This document shows, piece by piece, positions 38,991 to 51,104 of a DNA stretch of 64,000 nt; position 1 is the stretch's first letter; every line of letters starts with the position of its first letter. Origin of the DNA: Lytechinus pictus. Its lineage: Eukaryota. The DNA lies in NCBI RefSeq assembly GCF_037042905.1, contig NC_087252.1:25670001-25734000 (forward strand), read 5' to 3'. The translations under genes and the position numbers were made by a program. A model generated the notes under the pieces. The model was not told the DNA's origin and made no database searches. It saw only the letters and a list, made by a program, of their open reading frames with translations.

Positions 38991-40589
38991 TGTCGATCAA
39001 AAATGCATTTTCTAAAGACACCACAATAATGTCTTTGTTTTAACTCAAGAGGGATCAAAGGCAATAAAGGGACCGAGGGATAGAGAGAGATTGCAAAAGG
39101 AGAGAGAAATTGCGAGAGGGGTGAAGGAGAGGGCGACTATAAAGGAACAGAGATTGAGATGGAGAGGATCTTGGCGAGATGTGATTTCATTCACTCATGT
39201 TTCATAAAGAAACAAAGATTAAGTGTAAGAGAGAGGGAAACTAAGAGCATGCAAGAGAGAGAGGGGGAGGGGGGGGAGAAACTAAAGAAAGTAACAGAGA
39301 TTGAGATGTGGAGGGGGGGTGGCGATGACATATGCGAGTCCATTCATTCATGTTTCATAAAGAGTGAGGGGGGAAGAGAAACTAAAAAAGGAACAGTGAT
39401 TGAGATGTGGAGGGGGGTGGCGAGGACATATGCGAGTCCATTCATTCACGTTTCATAAGGAGTGGGGGGGGGGGGGGGTGGCGAGGACATATGCGAGTCC
39501 ATTCATTCACGTTTCATAAGGAGTGAGGGGGGTGGCGATGACATATGCGAGTCCATTCATTATGTTTCATAAAGAAACGGAGATGAAGGAAGAGAGGCTC
39601 GGTGGGGTAAGAGAGATTGAATAAGTAAGAGGGGGGGGGGGAAGAAACACTGAGATTTAGATGGAGAGAGTGCTCGTCCATTCGTTCATGTACAAAATTG
39701 ATGAATTCCATGAAAGTCCATGCGCCTGCGCACTTCAGGTTTTTAGCTCAACTTATGAATAATTCATGCACCATAGCGTTCCCGTGTACGGAAAAAAATA
39801 TTCGCAGGGGGCCGGCCTGTCCCTTACCTCTATCACCTTCATCTGTTGTTGAATTACTAGCCATCCTTAATGCGAGTGGTTTCCGTATATATGGCGTTAT
39901 GTAGAGACCCGGGCGTGTTCCGTTTTCCCATAATATATGGGGGTGGAGTGTTGAGGGGTAGTGTGAACAAGTGACTATAAAATAAAGGGGATTTCTATTG
40001 GAGCTGTATAATCTCTATGGGTAGGCTTATACTGTAGACGTCAATTGGATTCCATAGATCACACAGGTTGGAGACGATAAATACATTTGGTGTATGACAA
40101 CGGTCATATTTTAAGTATACATCAATAACATCATCATTCAGCATTTGTACAGGTTATCACAATCAACGCCGTCACCAATTAACCAGAATTGTATTTGCAG
40201 TAGTAGAAATTAAGCAAGCAATGTTCATTTCAAAACCTTTTTCTTGATTCAGCCCAATTGGAGAGGAGCGCAGAGAGTTCGTCTTGGTACTCCGACCACA
40301 GCCGCCGTCGAAATAACGAGATCTATCTATCTATTATTTTATTTTTATTGGCACGTAAGTCAATTTGACTATTTGTGCCAGCTAATAACTTAAATTTTTA
40401 TTTGGCTTTAATGCCTGAAAAATGAATTTTGATTGGCTTTTGTGCCAGCTTTTGATATTTATGCACCATTGATGAAAACATGGTGTTATATTGATTTTGA
40501 TGCACCATTTATGTTTTCATGGTGTTATTTTCATGCACCATTTATTATCATGGTGTTATAATAAGAGTTATTTATGGGTCTTATATGGT

Positions 40590-43500
40590 AATATGTGTGG
40601 CGTCGCGCAAAAACCAGACTATTGGTGAGAGACAATAAATGCGCTAGGACGTCATTTAAATACGCGTGTCATCAAACTTTTGTCTGGCGCGCGTCGCGAG
40701 GAAAAACAAAACAAACAACCCGCAGGAAAAAAAAAATGTTAGGCGCATTTTTATTTTTCAGAACTGTGGATATCGGCTCGATATATTTGGTGGCGGGTTC
40801 GGATACATGTTGATTGAATTTAATTCCCTTGGCTGAAATCCATGAAGGTAAGTTAAATTATGTTGCAGATTGAGTTGTTTTGTTAAATTCATTGATAATT
40901 GCGATGCGAGGAACATGGCAACTAAACACGTGAATGTGAATTTTGTGTTGCGTGTTTATGTGGATCGATCGAGAGAGAGCTTTTTTAGGAACGACTTTAA
41001 ACGTCAAATTACATGCGACTGCTGCAGCGATTCGCGGTATTTGTCCGGGACTTTGACGGCCTTTTTAAGATCTAACTTATGTATGCCTAGGCTATCAACT
41101 AGATCTAGATCTGCACGTACTTAGATAGGCCTTCGTTACATACTTGTAACCATTTAAGTTAGATCTATCACATGCAACAAGTTTGTAAAAAATGTAGGCC
41201 TATATAAAAAAAATCAAAATTGGACAAGGAGTAAAAGAGCTACGATAATTTAAAGATATGGATTTCGGTGAAACAGTTCTATGCATGTTTTTATGAATTT
41301 ACTTGACAAACTGATGCAAAGATGTCTCACCTTGTTACATGAAATTATGTTTGTTCTATCCCCCCTCCAAGCATGCCAAGACTAGATATTAATTAATGCA
41401 AAAAGGTGACATATCATTCACACACGTATGACCAAATAAAATAAGTATGATTTCATGTTTTGTCATAAGAAAAGTTAAAGTGGGGTGTCATCATCAGCCC
41501 ATCTAACGAATATTTATTAAGACGTGCATATAACTGTTTTTATAATGCATGAAAAACCCTTTTAGATCTAGTTGTTATCAGATTTTGATGAAATTTGCAG
41601 CATTTGCTTACATTTGATGAAATTATTTTCAGCTCGGAGTACCCTTTTAAATCGGTTAATTATGGACATTTTTCAAATCCCCTCTTCTAACAAATTCTTA
41701 TTTGTCGGACTTCTGATTTCCATTTTTTTTTTTCGGAGGGGGTGGGATCTATTTGGTATGAGCTTCACCAAAGCTGTGCAAATGATATCGAAATTATAAC
41801 TAGAAAACAGATTGTCACAATTTATAAGAAATTTATTAAAAACTAACAATATATTTTGGGGGCGGGTGTGGGGGGTATTTCTTATTTTTTCTACAATCTG
41901 GTCGAGCTACATTACATGAGGTTCGCCAACTTTCTACACAAAATCATTAAATATTATTTAAAAAAATGAAAAGACATATTTTTGAAAATAAACAAAAATT
42001 ATAGTTTTAATTGTTTTTTTTTTAAGTTTTTTTTTCTTAAGTAGTGTTTTTTTTTTAAATAAACTTTAACTCTGAAAATTTGTTAACTAATTGGCATTGT
42101 TTTCTTTCGTTGTGTTAAACATGTTAAAGGCACGGGATCTACAGAGCAACTGTATTAGTGCAGTGAGGACAAGACATCTCAGAACCAACATACAGCTGAC
42201 AGCAGCCCTTCAAGAAGTACTTTAAGACTCTGATATGGGATTCACCATTACCACAGCTTCAGGTAGCTTTCCATGCTTTATCCATATTCTATATGGAAAT
42301 AGTGTGCCAGTTTTGACTTTATCATGTCAGTTGTAACCGATTTTTCCACGAATTAATTGCCGTTTTATAAGATATTGTTTTAAAATTTATTTTACCACTA
42401 TTAGTACATGAAATCTAGAATTATGGAAAACATAAAAAAATATAAAATGATAAAAAACAATAAAAAATGAAAAAAAAAAAGAATTTAGATAAAGGCTCAT
42501 GCAGAGAAAGCTTTTTGCAAGTGATATATCAAATTAAACATTTAAATATGAACATCTCATGAATTTTGGAGGGATTTTTTTACCCAACAATAGTTAAATC
42601 TTATTATTTTTGGTAGAAAAATATGACATCAGGGAGTACTTCCACCTTTATTAGAAATACAAGTAACATTTACACAATGCCAAAGAGTGAAAAGTTAATG
42701 TATTTTAAATATCATGTTGTTGATAAATGTCCATGAATCATGAAGAAATGAGAGTGTAATGTGACTGTTTTTATAACACATTAATATCGGTGAACTTTTC
42801 AATTGCATTCATCAAACATGTAGATTTGAGTCATCGGAACGTGGCGTTTTTAAGACTGGAACATGAAGAAAGCAAACAATGCAGATCGAGGAAGAAAATT
42901 ATCCCCTTTGGTGAACCCTGCTGACATAGTCTCTCAGATACTCCCAGATAAGCTATCAACTGGATTTTCCAAATAGAGGGAATATGATATATGGGAAGAT
43001 CTTAGATGAGGACAAGGCACCTCGCGGCCTCCCCGGTAGGAGAGGAAATTTAACAATGAATACATGTTTTACTTTGAATGAACAAACTCTGAAGTTTTTC
43101 GATAAAAAAATTAAACTTAATTTGTAACGTTTGCTAACCCATTAGAAGGATGTCATTGTAGAAAATTGAAATGTGGTAAGTTTGCTGCTGTATTAAAAAG
43201 TTTGTGATAATGTTAAACACACACACTAAGGAGAGATTATCGTGTTTTATATCATTTTTAGTGCAAATTTGGACAGTGAAGAGCGATGCACATTCCTGAG
43301 TTTTGCTAATACTGCTGCATAGAAGAGAGTAAATGTATGTAGTCTCTTCCATATCAAGAATTAAACTCTGATATTATTTTTTTATTCAAGCATATGATGT
43401 TTACAACGCATATCATTACACACGTGTACAGAGTGTAGCAGAGAAAAGATGACTATGTATTTGTAAGTATTTGTTAGTTATAATACCTGTCGTATTAATA

Positions 43501-43800
43501 TGTGGAGCCAAGTTTTTATGCACAGTTTTATTCTTCTTTTCAAACGAAGTGACCTAAAAAAAATCCTTCAGTGATCCAGATAATTTGGCAGCAATTTGTG
43601 AAATATATTTTCATGACTACCCCATCCCTAAAAAGAAACCAAATGTGGCCCATTTCATTAAATATGGATATGATCCCTTGCTCGAATGAAAACTACCATG
43701 AAAACAGTGAACCTTCTGCTTCCCGATTCGCTAGTTCAATGAACGTTGATATTTCATCAAGAATTGCTGTCATATTAAATCTTTATGAAATGTAGCTCGC
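40590..43800 (+). ncRNA. Predicted antisense spliced transcript within the LINE 3' region
   Basis: CpG-rich region ~40590-41060; exon ending 40847 (AAG|GTAAGT); candidate exons 42130-42262, 42824-43035, 43391-43462 and 43572 onward with AG/GT borders. The first ATG gives only 33 aa. Confidence 0.5.
41205..41649. mobile_element. Decayed Kolobok-like MITE fragment within the LINE 3' region
   Basis: Resembles 27673-28259 (cggtgaaa.agttcta, catcagccca, gattttgatgaaatt); ends CCCTTTTAA. Confidence 0.6.
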
Positions 43801-45751
43801 ATCAGCTTTTCACTATTGTGTATTGCCACCGAAAAAACTTGGTTTTGCAAAATTGAATTTTGTTTGTGGTTATTTTCCAAAGCTTAAGCATGATTTCTTT
43901 TAGATTTTACTTTGCGAGAAAGTGAAGTATGGACAAACAGCATGGTGGTGTCTTCTTTTTTTTTTGGGGGGGGGTTAAGGGCAGGGACAAATCTAGGATG
44001 GAGGTGGGCAGGGGCTTTGGCCCCACTTTTTTTCCCCAGAACGCATGTATAAACATGTAAAAAATTACCATTTGATTGTGATTTTTTTTTTGCATGGACA
44101 GCCCCTCCCCATTTTAATTTTTTTTTCTGCGGCGCCTGTGGGGGTGGGCACCCCCAGAAAAAATGATAAGCTGCCCCTCCCCCCCCCCCCCAACAACAAA
44201 AAAATCAGATGAATAACCCAACCCCATCTTCCCCTGGTCATTGGATCTGGGAACCTCCTCTCATGTTAAAACTACGCGCTATGACGAACTATATATAGTA
44301 TGACAAATAGTCTCCATAAGGTTTTTTTATTGCATGTAATGTGAGTGTGTGGGTGTGGGTTCTAGTGTGGGTGTGGTTGAATATGTAGAATAATTTGTTT
44401 TATTGTATTCGCCTAGCTGTGTATATATAAAAATTATGTCTGCACTACAAAAGATCACCTCGCCTATGCCAGGTATGTTGGGCGTTACAAAAGAACCAAC
44501 ATTTCCCTATCATGAAAAGATGAATAATAAGCCCGACTACCATGACGACCCATACAGCCAGGCAAGGGGGGGGGGGGGTACCCCTGATTCAATTGGCCAT
44601 ATCTCTAATTTAAATATGAATTAGACTCTAATATTTTGTATACACATTGTACATGTGTCCATGTACCAGAAAACATAAAAAAAACCAAAATCCACAATTT
44701 CACCTATAATACCCATTTTCCCAGGATGGCCCACATATTATTTTTCAAATCAATTTTCATTATCTTGTTGCGACAAGTCAATCCAGGTGAAAAAAACAGA
44801 GATTGTGACCAAAATTACTCTGGAAAAACTGTGAGAGACTTTTGCAAACCCCCTCTGAATATGTTTATTTCACATTTTAACATCTGCCGTCACGTCGTGA
44901 CGCTAGTAAGCAAAATTATGTTTGGAGCGTAATTGCCCAGAAAGATCAATATTGATTATTATGAATTTTGCCCGGAGAGGTCGTAGATTTTGGTGGCTTT
45001 TTGGTTCCCTTGAGGAGAGCAATTTGATGAGGTAATTTTGTGCCTGCTTAGATGGCAAATTTGGCTGGCGTTTTGTGCCTGTAATAGAACAGAATTTGAT
45101 TGGCTTTTTGGCCTTGGCGAAAAGTGTACACTTTTGTTGCATAAGTATCATTATCATCATTTTAGATTAAATTCAAAACTTGCTATAGGAGTTCATTGGA
45201 AGTCTTTGTTAAAGGTTAAGGGAGAGAGGGAGATGGAGATTGTTAGTAACTTAAACAAATATTTTTGTATTTTGTATTTTTTTTTTTTTTTTGTATTTTT
45301 TTTTTTAATAAACGCTTTAACCCTACCTTAAATCCTACCAACTTATAGAAATTGTTAGTTTTTTAGTTATAAATTTAATGTTTACTCATTAACGCTTATT
45401 GATTTTTAAATTTTCTATCAATAAATTATTTTAGTCGGGACATTAAACCCACCTTGTTTCTCGTATACACTTCTGTTACGTGACTATCTTACCCCTCACT
45501 GTAAAAACGCTGTTTAAAAGTTAAACAGCGTTTCTATTGTGTTTATCTTAGTACGCATCTCCCATTCTCGGCCTCCACGCCCCACCCCCATTGAACTTTC
45601 TCACACTTGTACTCATAGCGAGAGGAAGCCTTAAGCTTATTTAAAAGTATTAACGATTGAAAAATATAATCGAGGTCGTTGAGATAACATGTGCTATAGA
45701 TAACAACCGTTCAATTTCAAAGAAGCCGATTATCTTTGCTTTACTTTCGGA

Positions 45752-48700
45752 TTACAAGTCATTTATTAGTCCAGTCGCCCTTACAAAATATATGAGAGAC
45801 GACTGACCCTTTTCGCTTTCAAATAATGTAGATAGTGATATTGGTGTATTTGGATCTGTTTGTAAGAATTTTGTTCTAGCGTTTTGGTATTTTCTACAAT
45901 GGAGGACATAGTGCTCCACGTCATCATTGGTTTTACAAATATCGCAAAGGCCGTTTGGATGCTTATGGATTTTGAATAGGAAATAGGCTGTTCTAATCCA
46001 ACCTGCACGCAATCGATGGATAATTATTTCATGTCGTCTACAATAGCAATTAAGTAGTGGTTCTTTTCTGAACGCCCGAAATTGTTGTTTCAGTGAACTG
46101 ATTTGTTCACTTACATTTGGAGAAATTTCGACATCGATATCTGGTTTGGTTAAAGCTAATTTAGCTAATTTGTCTGCTTCTTCATTTCCACTGATACCAC
46201 AGTGTGCCGGTATCCATACAAATGTTATCTCAACACCTAGATAAGAAAGTGCCCTATATTTTGTAAGTATTTCTAATATTAGGGGTAGCTTAGTGTTTTC
46301 ATAGTTAGATATCAATTGCAGAGTGCTGAGAGAATCAACTAGCAATGTTGCACGTAGAGGGCGGAAATCTTCCAGCCAGGTAAGAGCCATAATAATTGCT
46401 GCCTGTTCAGCACGGCAGACCGATACAGGTGAAATACGATGGTATTTTGAATATTTTAGGTCAGGTATATAAAATGATATGCCTGTTTTGGATGAAGTAG
46501 GATCTTTAGACCCATCAGTATATATTCGAAGGGTGTTATAATATTTTGAATAAATTGTTTCATAAGAGCTTTGTTGTAGTAATGAAGGATTGTCTTTTTT
46601 AGAAATCCTTTCTTTGAGGCTAAAATCGATTTCCGGAGGAGGAAAGTGCCAAGGTGGTTGTGGTACTGTAATAATCTTTTCCACAGATGGTGAGTACTCC
46701 AAAGTTCTCATTGGTAATGGTAAATTAGTATGTGATTTGTAGTTGTACTCCCAGCAGTCTGCAAATGATTCTCTAGTTGGATGATATGAATTTGAATGAA
46801 GTATATTTAGTTTATATTTTTTCGAGAGGAATTCCCTGCGGTGGCTAAGTGGCAATTCGCCACATTCAATTTGGAGATTTTTTAAGGATGTTGAAGGCAA
46901 TGTGCCTGTAATAATATTTAAGGATTGGTATTGGATCGAATCTAGTTTATTCTTATGAATTTGAGGAGCCGAATCAAATAAAAAGCAACCAAAGTCCAAC
47001 AGAGGTTTAATGAGAGCTCGATACAAAATCAGGAGCGTTTTGGTATCCGCTCCCCAATGGGTGCCAGTAATACACCTTAATATGTTTATTCTTTTTTTGC
47101 ATCTAATTAATAAGTCACTGATGTGGTATTTCCACGTGAGCTCAGAATCTAAAGTTAAACCTAAATATTTGAAATTCGATACAACTTCAATTTTATCGTC
47201 TTTAATATAGACATCAGTGGAAGCATTTTTCGTTTTTTTAGTGAAAATGATGATTTTGGTTTTGGTAGCAGATAATTTAAGTTTCATTTTGCTTGTACAT
47301 TCCGCAATGGAATCGATATCTGTTTGGACTTTTTTGGTTGCAATTTTAAGGTTTCGACATCTATACCATAATGCAATGTCATCTGCAAAAATAGCTATAT
47401 TCGAATAAATGCATGAGTGGGCCAAATCATTGATGTGAAGATTGAACAAGAATGGACTTATGACTCCCCCTTGGGGGAGCCCTTTTGTTATTTCCTTTCG
47501 ATGTGAAATGAAATCATTATCCCTTACTCTATAAGTTCGATCTTTGATGAATTCGGTTATCCAATCAAGGATATGACCTGAGAAACCAAAAGTTCGTAAT
47601 TTTGATATCACAATTTCGTGGTCAACATTGTCAAAAGCCTTCTCAAGGTCGAGGAAAGCTGCTATAACAAAATCGTGATTCATAAATGATTTATGGACAT
47701 CTGTGTCGAGTCTTGTTAAATTATCAAAAACACTTCTATTTGGAGTGAAACCAGATTGAAGGGGTAATATCAGATTGTATTTTTCGTTTAGCCAAAAAAG
47801 TCTTTTAGTTATCATCCTTTCCATAATTTTGCATAAGACCGAGGTTAATGAAACTGGTCTATAAGATTTAGCATCTGATTTGTCTTTATTTGGTTTTAAT
47901 ATTGGAACAATTGAGGATTTCCAAATAAGCGGTAATTTAGATGTTTGCCAAATTAAATTGAAAATATCAAGCAGTATGACGATTGCATTGTGGGGTAGAT
48001 TTTTAATAAACAGTGCCCTGATATTGTCAGGCCCTGAGGCTGTGTTTGGAGTTACTTTTAGTGCTTCAACAAGTTCTTTATGAGTAAAATCTTCATTAAT
48101 TATTTCCAAATTATTCACAGGTTCTATATTTCCAAAGTCAGTATTATTGAGTGACGTTTCTTCGTCTAATTCTTTTGGATTATGAAAATTATCTGCAATG
48201 AAATTTGCCTTCAATTCGTCATTTTGGATAGCTTGCCCATCAACTTTTAGTGGAAGGTTAGAATGACTATTTTGTGGTTTTTGTAGAGCTCTGACTTTTT
48301 TCCAGACCTCTGTAAGAGGGGTAAATCTATTGATTGTGTTGCAGTATTGTTCCCACGATTTTCTTTTGGCTTGTCTCAAAATTCTTTGTGCCACAGCCTT
48401 TTTCAATTTGTAATCTAATAAGTCAGAAAATTGCAAAGTTTTACGAAATTTGCGATTTGCCCTATTACGATTTCTAATAGCATCATTGCATTCTTTGGTC
48501 CACCATGGGTTTGGTGGGTGAGATAATTTTCTAGGATTAGTTTTTGGAGTAGAAAGCTCAATTGCATGTTCTATTTTTTCTATAAAATTGCTATATGAAT
48601 CTTGGGGAGAACCCGTGAATATTTGGCTTAGATTGATATTGTTTAATTCCTTTTTGTAAATTTCCCAATTTGTTTTATGAAAAGCCCATGAACGGTTTTG

Positions 48701-49375
48701 GGGTCGCGAATTATTAAAAGGGACATTCCTCTCGTTCATATTAATTTTAATTTGGATTGCAAAATGATCACTACCCAAAGTAGTACTCATCACCTCCCAC
48801 TGGCTCCTAGAAGCAAGTGTATCTGAAACCAATGTTAAATCAAGGCAAGATAATTTGCCAGTCCCGGGATCGATTCGTGTATAACTCCCATCATTTAGTA
48901 ATACTAGGTCATTATTGAGGATGAAATTTTCAACGATTTTACCATTTTTATCCCGGTTTGCACTCCCCCATAATGGGTTGTGACTGTTAAAATCCCCGCA
49001 TATTATTACATTTTGATCACTATCACATAAAATTGAGTCAAGATGGTCGTCCCTCATAGATTTTGGATTATAAAAGTTGATAACTGTATAAAAAGAGGAA
49101 CCAATCGTTATTTTTACTTTTTGGTATTCTTTTTCTGGAGGAGTATATAGTGGGAGGTGAGTTATACTGTCCCTGACGTAAAAGGCGCACCCACCCCTAT
49201 TTTGCCCAATTCTATTTTTAAGTCGTGGGGTGTACCCATCTATGTCAAAATCTAATACCCTAACACCTAACCATGTTTCTTGTATGCACAAAAGATCTGG
49301 TTTGATTTTTTGTTTGTGTAGTAGTTGTCTTAGTTCAGGACCTTTGATGTAAATACCCTGGGCATTCCACTGCAA
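45752..49375 (-). CDS. LINE ORF2: AP endonuclease, reverse transcriptase, RNase H, C-terminal zinc knuckle (1207 aa, uninterrupted)
   Basis: QWNAQG, CIQETWL, GDFNSH, SDHF; YRPVSLTS, LDLEKAFD, GLPQGG, FADD, YLG; IYTDGS, WIPAHCGISGNEEAD; CDIC..HYVLHC. Confidence 0.97.
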   Translation of the reverse strand: MQWNAQGIYIKGPELRQLLHKQKIKPDLLCIQETWLGVRVLDFDIDGYTPRLKNRIGQNRGGCAFYVRDSITHLPLYTPPEKEYQKVKITIGSSFYTVINFYNPKSMRDDHLDSILCDSDQNVIICGDFNSHNPLWGSANRDKNGKIVENFILNNDLVLLNDGSYTRIDPGTGKLSCLDLTLVSDTLASRSQWEVMSTTLGSDHFAIQIKINMNERNVPFNNSRPQNRSWAFHKTNWEIYKKELNNINLSQIFTGSPQDSYSNFIEKIEHAIELSTPKTNPRKLSHPPNPWWTKECNDAIRNRNRANRKFRKTLQFSDLLDYKLKKAVAQRILRQAKRKSWEQYCNTINRFTPLTEVWKKVRALQKPQNSHSNLPLKVDGQAIQNDELKANFIADNFHNPKELDEETSLNNTDFGNIEPVNNLEIINEDFTHKELVEALKVTPNTASGPDNIRALFIKNLPHNAIVILLDIFNLIWQTSKLPLIWKSSIVPILKPNKDKSDAKSYRPVSLTSVLCKIMERMITKRLFWLNEKYNLILPLQSGFTPNRSVFDNLTRLDTDVHKSFMNHDFVIAAFLDLEKAFDNVDHEIVISKLRTFGFSGHILDWITEFIKDRTYRVRDNDFISHRKEITKGLPQGGVISPFLFNLHINDLAHSCIYSNIAIFADDIALWYRCRNLKIATKKVQTDIDSIAECTSKMKLKLSATKTKIIIFTKKTKNASTDVYIKDDKIEVVSNFKYLGLTLDSELTWKYHISDLLIRCKKRINILRCITGTHWGADTKTLLILYRALIKPLLDFGCFLFDSAPQIHKNKLDSIQYQSLNIITGTLPSTSLKNLQIECGELPLSHRREFLSKKYKLNILHSNSYHPTRESFADCWEYNYKSHTNLPLPMRTLEYSPSVEKIITVPQPPWHFPPPEIDFSLKERISKKDNPSLLQQSSYETIYSKYYNTLRIYTDGSKDPTSSKTGISFYIPDLKYSKYHRISPVSVCRAEQAAIIMALTWLEDFRPLRATLLVDSLSTLQLISNYENTKLPLILEILTKYRALSYLGVEITFVWIPAHCGISGNEEADKLAKLALTKPDIDVEISPNVSEQISSLKQQFRAFRKEPLLNCYCRRHEIIIHRLRAGWIRTAYFLFKIHKHPNGLCDICKTNDDVEHYVLHCRKYQNARTKFLQTDPNTPISLSTLFESEKGQSSLIYFVRATGLINDL

Positions 49376-49390
49376 GATAAACAGCGCGCT

Positions 49391-50707
49391 TTAGCTATCC
49401 GCCACAAGCATGGCGTGAATAGCTTCTGCTTCCAATGTATAGCCGAAGCATTTGCTCGCCGCATCCACCACCAATTTGATGCGGTTACTTTTGGTGTTGT
49501 TACCGTCTAAATTGTTTATTATGAAGGCTAAAAATGCGATAAGTTGGTTAAAGCCAAAAGGCTGAAGTTGAGGCATATTGTTACCCGACTGTTGGATTGG
49601 TTTTTGGATTTGCACGGGCATTGTCTGTGCATTATTTATTTCGGCGGTGGTGTTTTGTTGTGACGCAGTGGAACGTACAGGGGAGTTACTGGGCCCTGTC
49701 GAAACTGGGCTATGAGATTGTGTGGGAGTAGTAGTTTGAACAAAGGCTTTAGTTTGAGGATTAACTTTTGATTGCGCAGGCATTGTTTGAAGATGCGTAG
49801 GTTTGGGGGGAGCTTTACCTCCCGTTTGAACTGCATTGGCATAGCTTATGCCGTTTGTAGTTTTTTGCTTTTGTGGAATAGAATTGACTCTTTTTAGTGC
49901 TTCAAAATATGATAGGTTTTCTGAGTACTTAACATTTTGCACTCGTTTTGCTTTTTTGTAAACTTCGCACCCCTGGTAGGCTGCGCTATGGTGCTTTCCG
50001 CACCTTAGGCAGATGGGATCGTCTTTTTTTGGACAGTTTTCGAGGGTATGATTTCCCCCACACCTGACACATCTTGTGTTAAATCTACAGGTTTGTTTAA
50101 GGTGACCAAAACCTTGGCAGTTTTGGCACCTTTGTACCGGTGGTACATATTTTGTGACTTTTTTAGTCATGTATCCAATGTGGATACTTTTTGGCAGCGC
50201 TTCGCCCTGCTTGAATGACAAAATAATGGCGGTGGTGTCTGTGAGTTCGCCGTTTACCCTTTTTTAAATTCTTTTTACGGCGGTCACTCCTTGAGAGTTT
50301 AGCTCATCAAGGAGCTCCTCGTCCGTGACGGATTGAGTAATTCCTGTGATTACACCCTTTTCTGGCGGGTTTTGCATCCAAATAAATGCTTTTAAATGCA
50401 TGTTGTCTAAGCTATCTAGATTTAAGGCCCTTTTCTTTTGCTTTTCGTCTTTGCATTTTATGAGGATACAACGTCCCCATTTTTTTATTTCTTTAGGTTC
50501 CCCAATTTTAGATTTGATTTCATTTGCAACGTGAATTGGGTTTAATTTTGAGATTGATTTTTGCTGCTCGATTGGAGCAAGACAAATTGTTTGTAACATT
50601 GAAACGTTTGGTTGAGCCTCGCTCTTTTCTGGCGAGCTGTTGTTTCTCGCTCGTTTCTTTTTGTTGGTGACGATTTCAAAGTCGTCGGACTCATCAACAT
50701 CCGCCAT
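49391..50707 (-). CDS. LINE ORF1 gag-like nucleic-acid-binding protein with one in-frame TAA at 50264-50266
   Basis: ORFs 50707-50264 and 50221-49391 share a frame (VKRI*KRVNGELTDT). Knuckles CQNCQGFGHLKQTC, CVRCGGNH and CLRCGKHH. Confidence 0.92.
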
Positions 50708-51091
50708 TGTTTTGAATTTAGAGTGTTAGTTGGGGGAGGGGTTAGAGGGGGGAGAGACTTCCAATAACCTCCTACCTTGTCTGCAAGAAGGGTCCTAACA
50801 CCGGTATCTCCGACGATTGAAGCAGAATTGAATACCAAATGGTCTGTGTAAAAGCGAAGGCGAAGGCCGATAGCAAATCACCAGGAGAGTAAGAAGAGTA
50901 GCACAAGTGACGCAGCAATTTGGTCGTCGAGTAACGAGATCACTGCAAAACTCCGCTATTTATAGTCTCCGAGAGCTGCCTCATGCAGTGCGTTGCGTAA
51001 GTCGATTATTGAGTTCTAACGCACCAAAAGCTGTAGCGCCATCTACGTTTACTGCATTATAACCAAAACCGTAGCGGACGGGTTTGCTACA

Positions 51092-51104
51092 CAGCCCCCT
51101 CTTC
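51092..51104 (-). other. Polypurine tract of the Gypsy element
   Basis: Minus strand GAAGAGGGGGCTG directly before the LTR start TGTAGCA (51091). Confidence 0.8.

Larger units (their letters stand above)
30761..39805. mobile_element. 9-kb non-autonomous long-TIR DNA element (Mutator- or Merlin-like) inserted in the 3' LTR
   Basis: ~130-bp TIRs GCGAATATTTTTT.CCGTACA..CTATGGTGCATGAATTATTCATAAGTTG; 8-bp TSD tgggggcc (30753-30760) / agggggcc (39806-39813); CT/GA-rich subterminal repeats. Confidence 0.85.
40324..50931 (-). mobile_element. Full-length 10.6-kb I/Nimb-clade LINE inserted in the 3' LTR
   Basis: TSD TAACGAGATC at 40314-40323 and 50932-50941; ORF1 and ORF2; 3' terminal stem-loop 40350-40379, AATAAA and a short (GATA)n tail. 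Confidence 0.9.

Noticed and set aside
40842..42225. Spliced 33-aa peptide MKARDLQSNC... as a real protein
   Set aside because: Too short, no recognisable motif, and its stop lies upstream of several junctions; unsupported without conservation data.
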